From: Vermamoeba vermiformis
Taxonomy: Eukaryota
Direction of reading: 5' to 3'
Assembly: GCA_045837725.1 (NCBI GenBank)
Contig: JBEWZL010000244.1
Span: 124,001-188,000 of the forward strand
DNA: 64,000 bases
Made by a program: the position numbers and the translations under genes. The notes beneath the pieces are model-generated. The model was not told the DNA's origin. It was given only the letters and a program-made list of their open reading frames with translations, and searched no databases. Shown here in pieces: positions 24,606 to 36,229 of this stretch; position 1 is the stretch's first letter; each line of letters starts with the position of its first letter.

Positions 24606-27600
24606 ATGGAGAACAACCGCAATTCAGATTATCTTGGAGATGACGTAGAAAGGTGGTACCCTAAATTGAAGGATTACACCTTCAATACATTGATTATGGA
24701 ACTGAATTTGGCGACGGCTAAAGCGATTATAAACCGTTATGAAAAAAGAGAGACAGAAGGCGATAATAAATTGCTGGCAAAGGTAAATTACGAATAAATA
24801 GACCGTGCAATATTGGGATCATTATGAAAACATTGATTATTATTTTGTAATTTAATTACTCGAGCAGTTGGAGGAAGATATCGATGTCCTAATGAGCAAA
24901 TTAGAGTCTAAGAAAGCATTCGTTAGATTATCCACTCGCAGGTAAGGCAGATCCGCCACAAAAGGAAATTAATATAACGTATGTCTTAGTCCCAAAGATT
25001 ACGCTCTAAGAACAGCAAAAACCAAAAAGATATTATCAGAATTATTGCAAAATATTGAAGAAGGTGATGAAGTTAACGAGGTAAGCAAATTAATTTTCAA
25101 CCACGAGATCTGCTCGTTAAAATGGCACGAACTATTTATTTTTCATTTCCACCTGACAACGAGGACAATTACATTTAAATCCGTATTGATCTAGTCGCTT
25201 TTGTCGATCTTCTTGCGGCGCATCTACTTCCACGTACGAGCTAAAAACCTCCTCGCCCTTGGCGATGTCCTCTGACAATAACACGTTATTTAAATACTCG
25301 CCCATTATTATATATGAATATATGCACCTACTTATAGCGAATACTTGCAAATAGTACGAATCTCTATTGTTGTCAATGCGCGCGTTCGGAGTGCAACTGT
25401 GATTGAGACAGCTGTGCAATGTGAACAGACCACTGCCGTCTGGACACCACATTGTGAGAACATCGCGACCTTGTGCTAGAATTATGTAATGGTTAGACTA
25501 AGAGCTACGATGTCACTGCACGAAAATGTATCCAAAGGTTGATCCCGAGATCCAGCTCAGATCCGGTTCAACTTCACATACAAACTTCAATATTGCGTAA
25601 ATCAATATCTAGTACTCACCCATGAAGAGCTCGTCAAACTCATTGAGCAGTTTGAAGCCAAGAGTATGAATCTCTTTGTTCGGGTTTGCCTTCAAGTTGT
25701 CCACGTAAATATTCAGTGCATTCGTCGCGTTTATAATAATGTTCTGTTGATTGGTGATAATAATAGAGGCCATTCGTTTAATACACTCTGGCGAAGTATC
25801 TAAGTGGGAAACGGGTCAGATCCGTTCGATTTTCCTTCTCACAGATTTTCACTTACCAACAGAGTCCGCAATGTTTTTGCCAGAGACGAGCTCTATTATC
25901 TGTCCTATAATACGACTGAGCTCTTCAAAGAGTCCTAAATGTCCTTCATCGAAGCCAAGATCCGGTTGAAAAGCGAAATAGCCTAATTTAGTATACACAT
26001 CTTGATCTTGCGGTCCCTGATCGATGACATATCGTGCTTGTTCAAAAATCAATTTGACGATCAATTCCATCGCCATCACGGGAAATTTCTCTCCCCAAAC
26101 ACTGTAACATCAAGTGTCAGTCCATATCATTAGCAAATATATGCACGTACTCTTTGATCATATCAAACTCGTTATATAGTGTCATTAACGTTTGATTATC
26201 TTTGTGAGTTGTTTTGCAAATGAAATTATGATAATTTTTGCGATGCGTGTCATGACATTGTTCGCTGCAATAGTGGTCGTCTTCACATTGCAAATTGGCC
26301 TTGTTATTATTTGTCTTTGTATTGTCAATGCCGAGTAGCTTAGGATCCAATCGATTTAAGTCCGGTAAAGTGAATAGTGGTGATGATTCCTAATATGGAA
26401 AGTGAGTCCGCACATCAATTATTAATCTCCGTTCTACTCACTCTGTGTCGTATGAATTTCATGCAATTGCTACACGATATTACATAGGGCTAATATTAAT
26501 AAGAACAATTAGTAACTGAGAAGTAGGAACAAGATCCAGATCTCGCGTACTTTGTTGATCGGGAAGGGAGAAGATGTCACAGGCTTTTCTTCGAAAACAA
26601 GCTCGTTCTTCTTAATGTTAGTCTTAGCAAATACTCCTTTCCCGCGCTTCTCGTCAATGAACTTGATCTCGATTGGCCACTTCAGAGGCGAAAAATATTT
26701 CTAAAATTACGGAAACGTTATAAAATCGTCCACATATTCATATTATGAACGGTAAAATTATTTATAATTTTATTTAATTTTTCTACCTGGATTTGAAGTG
26801 GATCAGCTTTTGTCTTGATTTTGTGATAGCTTCTTTGGCTTGTTAATCGTTTGTTCCATATCCTCATATAAGATCTCGAATATGAACGAAGGCTATTAGC
26901 TAAAAACATACTTTTGTTGTTGCTCGATTGCTTGTCAACTGTAATTACTAATAATGAAACGTGTAGATAATAGCGATTATTCAAACCATGTCTTATTGCC
27001 TGCAAATGACCTCTGGAAAAGAAGCTGTCGAATTTATGATCAACAGCGAACGAGTTTATCAAGGTAAGCGGAGACGATCTGCATCTAAACTGGCAAAACT
27101 AACCAGCCATCCCTAGATCTGAGCGTTCGAATTTTGGAAACAGAAGAAGATACATTCAATATGAAAGTTATCATCCGCGAGTGGGTTGATATTCGACCTG
27201 AACTTGAATTCAGAGGCTTTTTCAATAACAAACAATTTAACGCCTTGACACAGGTACGTAGCAACTTCATTATTATACTGAACTAACTTATATATCTTTA
27301 GTATTATAAAGCTTGTTATGTTCCTGAAATCGCTCAAAGAAAAGATGAAATTGCTAAGCTGATCCAAGAGCTTCTACGACAAAATCAAAGACTTGATCGA
27401 GATGAACTCATTCGTCGCTGATTTTGCTGTAGTTGGCACTAAGGTCTATTTAGTCGAGTTAAATACTTTCGGACCGACTGCTAGTCCGAGTTTGTTCGAC
27501 TGGAAAGTTGACAGTCAAGTCATGCACAACGGTACAAAATTAAACGGTTAATACTTACTATACTAACTATTTATTATAGGACCATTTGAATTTAGAGTCG

Positions 27601-27761
27601 TTATGCAGCCCTATCAAAACGGCAAGAGTTTGATTGCACGACCACTGCGCCAATTGATGTCTGAATTTAGATCTGACTGGCAAGACAAACCAAAAGAAGA
27701 AGATCATAGTAGCGATAATAAAGAGAAGAAAAAGGATAAGAAAGATTGCATTGTACAGTAG
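24606..27761 (+). CDS. CDC123/D123-like ATP-grasp protein with C-terminal CaaX; 1.9-kb intron and an apparent +1 frameshift
   Basis: Exons ~24606-24782, 24868-24941, 24990-25080, 26967-27063, 27117-27253, 27302-27531, 27580-27761. Motifs FVRLSTRSPKD, SERVYQD, IREWVDIRPELEFRGF, ALTQY, VELNTFG...LFDW. Ends KEKKKDKKDCIVQ*. Confidence 0.82.
25132..26909 (-). CDS. SET and MYND domain (SMYD-like) lysine methyltransferase, nested in the CDC123-like intron
   Basis: SET-N KRGKGVFAKTNIKKNELVFEEKP; MYND-like CSNC...YCSEQC...HNFIC; SET-C GLFTLHSCLNHSCTPNA, DIAKGEEVFSSY; post-SET YGFKCNCPRC. Multi-exon. Confidence 0.88.
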
Positions 27762-27792
27762 TAAAAGGAAGTTGATAAGTAATTTTAATTTC

Positions 27793-29045
27793 CTAATATG
27801 GAAATTCTCGTTCAGGAATCGTGGACATATCTGCAAACTTATTCTCGAGATTATACTTAAAAGAATACTTGGGCGTAAATCCGAGAATTCTTTGCGCCTT
27901 TTCGGAGACGTAGACGCGATCGATCGAGTTGAACATTGTCCACCCCAGCTCTTTGTATACCTGTTCGTATTCAGGATAATACTTTGCCACAACAGCTGCT
28001 GCATTGTTAAGCAATTCTTTTCTGTCTTCAGGCTTGAACGGCGTAGGTCCGCTGATGATAAATACATCGTACGAAATTGACTCGATGACATTCAACGCGT
28101 CAATGTGTGCTTGGACCATATCACGATAATCAGCTCTATAGATAATAATAGTATAAGCACCATAGTGTTGAAGAAGAATGTATAGTATTACCTTCTAAAT
28201 AAGAGCTCATTCCCTTTCAAATTGGCACTGGGAAAAGTGACATCGAAATCGTCTTCCGCAAAGAACCGTGAGACCCGCAACACTGATAAGTAGGTAATTT
28301 ATCAGTACTATGCTTTTGTTTATGCACATAGCATACTTACCAATGACATGCAAACGATGAAGTTCAGCGTAAAGTTTGCACAAATTTTCAGCCGCAATTT
28401 TCGTGACGCCATAAATGTTTTTGGTAATCGGAACTACCTCCTCTGTGATCCAACTAGCGCCTGTATTATCGAAAATAAGCTCCTATCAATAAACGAGCAA
28501 AGTAGCTTGAAATATACCTTCAGAGTTGTCCGTCAATGCGTGGCCGAAAACTGAAGTCGTCGAAGTAAAAATGAACTTTCTAACGTTATTTTTGCGAGCA
28601 TTTTCCAAGAGGTTAAGCGTGCCTAATAAAAGGAGATTAAAATCAAAAGAGATACTCCGATCTAGATTTTATTACCTGTTACATTGACGTCAATAAAGCG
28701 TTGGATAGGTACTAGCTCGATATGAGGTCGATGCAATGCAGCTGTATGTATAACAGCATCGAATTGGTTGTCGCGAAAGCACTCTAAAAGAAAATGTGTC
28801 AACTTTTTTTTCTAATCCAGATCCCAAAACCCCACCCAACTTTTAATTCGAAATAATATCGCAAAATTTGCCATTCTTTGTTGCATACCTTCTACTGCAC
28901 TTGCGTTGGAAATATCAACAACCTGATCAACTGTCGTGTGCGATCTCTGATCTATTCCGATTACATTGTGGCCCAGCTCCTTCAGCTTCATATAAAGGTG
29001 AGTCCCTAGATAACCTGCACTGCCAGTAAGCAAAATCTTCGTCAT
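27793..29045 (-). CDS. NAD-dependent epimerase/dehydratase (SDR)
   Basis: KILLTGSAGYLG, VIHTAALH, FIFTSTTS, catalytic YGVTK, LRVSRFF, KAQRILGFTPKY. Confidence 0.88.
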
Positions 29046-29233
29046 TGTTGTGGTGTTCTATTGGGGTGTGAATCGCAATTGAGGTTTGCAATCTAGGGCG
29101 GAACTTTCTTTACAAGCAAGCCACCAGAACTTCTCAAAAACCCTCTAAAGAATCTTATGAAATTAATCAAAGCATTACTAATGGCTTAAAACCTTTTTAA
29201 TTAAGAGTGGATCTAGACACGCCAGTCGAACAC

Positions 29234-31216
<1,983 letters not shown>

Positions 31217-31681
31217 TATATAATATAAATAAGAATATAATTTGAGGTATGCTTCTCGAGGGACAAGAACAGAACGTGAAAATCTTTTTTTTGAAGTACT
31301 TCGTTTAGCAATGAACACAAAGATTCACCTACAATGTGTTAAATAAGGAACTTGTCTTATTCTATCAGTATTTCGTATGCTTTGTCGAACTACCGGTGCA
31401 ATGCTAAAATAGCAATTATGATAAAATCCAGATGCAGTTCAAAAATGCTACAACGTTAACATGATGCTCCAAAGATTGCACGATAAATCTTTAAACAGAT
31501 TTAGGTTTCTGGAATCCAAAGTGGTGCACATTGTGCTCGTGCTCTTCAAGAAAATTTTTTGTCGAGATCTCAAAACACTTTGCAATTTAGCAAAACGACC
31601 ACTATTAACTTTAAATTATCTAAGTTAGATAATCTGTTTTATATATACTCTTATAAATATCCGATTTAATCACCTTCAACA

Positions 31682-32621
31682 ATGGCTGTATTGGCAAAAG
31701 ACGAAATCATCAAGGCCATAGATGCTGGGTAATGTCACCTTCAATCCTGGGAATAAAAATTAATTCTAATATTAACAGTGATATTCAAATCACGCCTTTT
31801 CACCGCGAAAACATCGGATGCGCCAGGTAATTAGAAAATAATATTTTAATGAAAAATCAATTTCAGCAGTTTCGGATCCAGTTTTATGACACAGAAGCCT
31901 AATAACTTAATATTTTAAGCATTGATTTGTGCTTAAGCAATGAATTTCGCTACTACAAACCCGGATTGCAAGTTCTGGATGTCGTAGAGAATACCAACTA
32001 CAAGGACATCACCGAATACGTCACTTTAGGAGAGGTACGTGAGATAACATTAATAGATATAAACTTTTCCTATTTTAAATCTCATGAAACGTGAAATTTA
32101 TTCAAAAAGTACATCCGAACCTCCGCTCAATTCACGAAACGAAATCTTTATCCTCCATCGCTTTGTAATGATTACTGACGCATTTAAAAGGGCGAGAGTT
32201 TCTTGCTGCTTCCAGGACAAGCTTGCTTGGGCATCACTATCGAACGCATCCACCTGGCTCCGGGCTATTGCGGACTGCTCGGTAAGTTCTCTATAAATAA
32301 CTGTGCGGGCTGTATTGTAACAAGCCTTAATTGCATAAAATCTAATTCTTGCCGCAACGCATTTTCTATTCTCAGTCTCAAGAATTCTAACTTTACTTTT
32401 CAGAGGGTCGCTCACGCTTTGCTCGTCTTGGCTTGTTCGTGCATATTACTGCTGGATTTATGAATCCTGGTATTAACAACCGCCAAGTGCTCGAAATCTA
32501 CAACGCATCCAACCACCCTCTGCGATTATGGCCTGGCACTAAGATCTGCCAGTTCGTTTTCCTTAAGATGATTGGTAACGGAACATACAGTGGTATCTTC
32601 CAAGAGAACTCGCTTAAATAA
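31682..32621 (+). CDS. dcd: dCTP deaminase
   Basis: Spliced protein MAVLAKDEIIKAI...ASIDLCL...TIERIHLAPGYCGLLEGRSRFARLGLFVHITAGFMNPG...VLEIYN...GTKICQFVF carries the trimeric dCTP deaminase motifs. Four introns. Confidence 0.9.
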
Positions 32622-32811
32622 ACATCCTTTCTTGTTTAAATAACTTCTTACTCTTTCCGAATCCGATCGCAAAAACCCACAACGGCAAGCGAAGAGAAAG
32701 AACGCGTAGATAATTTTAAAATATGAGCTCTTTTTGCCTTTTTTAATATGTGATACTATTATACAATTATTTCGCGCTACTATCAGTGTAGCCTCTGAGT
32801 ATTTACAGTAT

Positions 32812-33660
32812 TCACATGACCATGGCAGATTCAATGTTCTTAACCGATAGTTTCTTATCCTCTTTGATGAACTTTCCTTTGTCATCACGTCGTCGTTGAT
32901 TAGCAACTATGGATTTTCGAATTTGCTTCTGTCGTGGTCGAGCAACGAAGCTATCAGACTTCTCGTCGCTCTTCAAAATGACATTGCGAGCTTGGCCCCT
33001 CGCGCGGGGCTTCTTGAAGTTGGACAAGGGCAGGTTAATCGCAGCAGCACCGTTGTTGCCATTGCCAATCACGGTCTTAGCCTCTGAAATCTGTGCAGAA
33101 GTGCTAGAAGTAACAGGGATTGGGATGGCGGGGTGGAGCGTGAAGGTGATAGGTTTGCCAAAGTCCAATTTAGCCAACGGGCCCGAGCACAATTGGTACG
33201 CAGTGTAGCAAGGCACGGGCAACAAGTTGGTAGGGGTCGGCACAACAGCAGCCACAGGGGTGGGGCTAGCAGGTGACGAGATAGCAGACTCGGGAGTCGA
33301 GGGGATCTCAGAGACGCTAGGGCTGAGAGAAGCCTCTTCTATCGAATCAAAATCGAACGGAGACTCGCAACTATAGGCGCTGTCTCCATCGCTGCACTCA
33401 AGAGTGGTAGCTACAGTGTTGTTGCTGTTGCTCTGAGCGACTTGTTTTTCTTCTTCAGATGTGCTGGCAGCACGTGAGATACTGCTCTGTACCTCGTACA
33501 GCTCAGGATAATCGTCCGCAAAGGAGGTGTAGTCGATTAACTCTTCTAAAGGGACAAAGATAGGATCTGAAGAAGGGAGAAGATTTTGAGGGTTTGAAAA
33601 GACGCTTGACGAGCAAAAGATATGGTTCGTGCGGGGTGTTGATACTTCTGCGTGAAACAT
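32812..33660 (-). CDS. Intronless Ser/Pro/acidic protein with C-terminal basic CCT/NF-YA-like motif (putative transcription factor)
   Basis: ATG at 33660. Low-complexity acidic N-half. C-terminal RKSIVANQRRRDDKGKFIK resembles the R.R..G.F motif of CCT/HAP2 domains. Confidence 0.55.
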   Translation of the reverse strand: MFHAEVSTPRTNHIFCSSSVFSNPQNLLPSSDPIFVPLEELIDYTSFADDYPELYEVQSSISRAASTSEEEKQVAQSNSNNTVATTLECSDGDSAYSCESPFDFDSIEEASLSPSVSEIPSTPESAISSPASPTPVAAVVPTPTNLLPVPCYTAYQLCSGPLAKLDFGKPITFTLHPAIPIPVTSSTSAQISEAKTVIGNGNNGAAAINLPLSNFKKPRARGQARNVILKSDEKSDSFVARPRQKQIRKSIVANQRRRDDKGKFIKEDKKLSVKNIESAMVM

Positions 33661-34571
33661 ACTAAAAAGTACGCGTAAATATTTTGAATAATATCGATGA
33701 CATCGAAATGAGGAATTCTGAAGTATTTTGATGAATGAAAAAAGTTGAGATGGATTTGAGAAAGAGAGTGAAATCAATCGAAAGTGAGTTGAATTTGAGG
33801 GGGGATAGTTTAGAGAAGAGCTATTTAGCTTTAGATGCTTACCTCTTGACGACAAGCGAATAATGAAAATTTTTTCGCAGCGTTGTGGGTTTGTTGGTGC
33901 GCTTTTTCTCATTCGAAGAACGTGAAATCTACACTTGTGGATCGAGACCGATCGTTGACCAAAGGCAGGGACATGTCTTTAGCTGCAAAAGACTGCATAT
34001 ATACCACATAAGGCAATCGCGAAAGAGTTTTGTTAAAAACTGAAGAACGAGCAGCGGGGCACTTCGAAGCATTGGATTTCGATTGTCTGACATCACTTAC
34101 GATTCTGAGCACCTCTCGTCGAAGATTTGATGATATTTCGGCCAATTAATGATGGAATCCACGATAATCTGCAACATTTTAGTCACATCGGTAAGCGCGG
34201 GCACTGTTAGTAACGGTAACCTTACCTCGATCTTTAAGGCCTTAAACTAGCACCTTTCGATAAAATCCACTATCGTAGTATTATTGGCTATTTTTTCATA
34301 TTTTTCAGAGGTCGGCACAGCCCGCACCAGTTTGCGGATGTGATCCACCCCACCAATTCAGTGTTTAAAGGCTCAGTTGCTTGTGTAGCGCGAGTATATG
34401 CACCAACCTTGCTGCTACGTGCACATTGTAAGTGCTCAATGAAGCAGTCACAGCGCCTTCACCTCTGCGATCAAACGCAGAAAGGCGTCCCAAAATAATT
34501 TCGTCAAACAAGCTCTCTTGCAGCGTCTCTGAGAACGCCGTTATCACGAACTTTCGTTGAAGTATTCAAAA

Positions 34572-36162
34572 ATGCAACTCTCCAAGATTTATTTAGTAGT
34601 TTCGTGCCTTGTTGTGCTAGTTGCTCTAGTGTCCTGCGCTGATCAGGTTGAAGCTCCGAAGTTCGACTTTGAGAAGTCTGGCGAAGTAAATATGACGAAT
34701 AATGCGTAAAATATTTTTGCTAATATTTAATATTTACTCGTGCCAATAGGAGAAGATTTTCGTTGGTAAGGCAAATTTAAATTACGAAAATTAATTTAGA
34801 ACGTACTAATATGGAATTATAGAGTTTTTCGCTCCCTGGTGGTAAGACATAAGTCCTTTTGTGCTTAAATACATTGTTGAGCATTCGTCGATGAAATAAT
34901 TTTCAAGATCGAGCACAGACTAATCTGTACCCAGTGGTCACTGCAAGAAGCTCGCTCCTACTTGGGAACAGCTGGTTAAGACTTTGGAAGAAGAGAAGAC
35001 TGGAATTAAGACCGTCCAAGTTAACTGCGATGCCAACAAGCCTGTTTGCAAATCGTACGGAGTCACTGGTTACCCAACCCTCAAGCTCTACCAAAACGGC
35101 AAAGGTAAGCCCGCCATCTATTAAAAGTGATAGTTGCCGGTGGCTGTTATACAAATTAAGCAGCTCTGTAGTTATAATCGCAAAATATACCCGAATTTGA
35201 AGCTCGATCTGCCCTGAGTCGCAAGAGGAAATTCTTCAGCTCAGCTATTAATGTTTGATAACAGAGGCTCGATACAACGGCGCTAGAACTCTCGAAGACT
35301 TGAAAAAGTTCGCTATTGAGACTGTTCCTAGCACTCCAGTTGCTCTTGTTGATCCCACCGCTGAGTACGTGCTACATCCGCTTCACCCAGACTACGGATT
35401 GATACTAACGACTCATAATACTAGACCTCAAAAGGCTCAACCAAAAGAAGCTGCAGCTCCTAGAAGCGACTTCAGCAAACTTGTTGGCACTGATGTTATT
35501 CCCTTGATCAACGAGAACTTCGATCAATTGACCAGCAGCGGATCCTGGTTGATCCAATTGTAAGTGTCCACTCGCTATATATAGTAGTTTATTAATGACT
35601 AATTGGTATTGGCAGCCACATTGGTTCTGGCTTTGATCGTGAAGCACTTTCAGAACTCATCACTGCCGCCAAAGAATTGAAGCAAGCTAACGTCAAGGTC
35701 GGTGTTATCAACGTGTACGAGAACAAGAGTACGTAATAGACGAGGCACGCGCAATGTCGAATATGAGCTCTAATTGCTGACAGGAATCACTGATAAGTTT
35801 GGTTTGACTGGCTTCCCCACCATCGCTCTGTAAGTCACGAAGGTTGGTTTAACAACTGGATCTAATATGACGTACAATAGTATTCAAGGAGCCGAGGTTA
35901 AGAAGTTCGAGGGTGCTGACAGAAAGGCGGACAAGTTGGTCAACTTCGCCAAGGAAAACTATAAAGCTACCGGCACGGAAGCTCAATTGCACGAGATTAT
36001 GCACACTCTTCGTGCTCTTCAGGTACGTCATACTAAATGGTCATTAGCTCATCAAGCTAACCGTGCTTGTGCTAGAAATCGGTTGCTGATTTGGAGCAGT
36101 TGGTCAAGGACTTGAGCAAGAACAGCACCGCTCACCACATTGACCATCAAGTTGTCGCTTAA
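34572..36162 (+). CDS. Protein disulfide isomerase/thioredoxin-domain protein
   Basis: Signal peptide; EFFAPWC|GHCKKLAPTW (CGHC split by an intron), YGVTGYPTLKLY. A second Trx-like domain lacks CxxC (FGLTGFPTI). Micro-exons at ~34750-34766 and ~34823-34841. Confidence 0.88.
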
Positions 36163-36229
36163 GAAAGTAAATCACGCGATATTAAGATAAGTCCACAATT
36201 GATAATAATACACGATTATTTCACATTTA

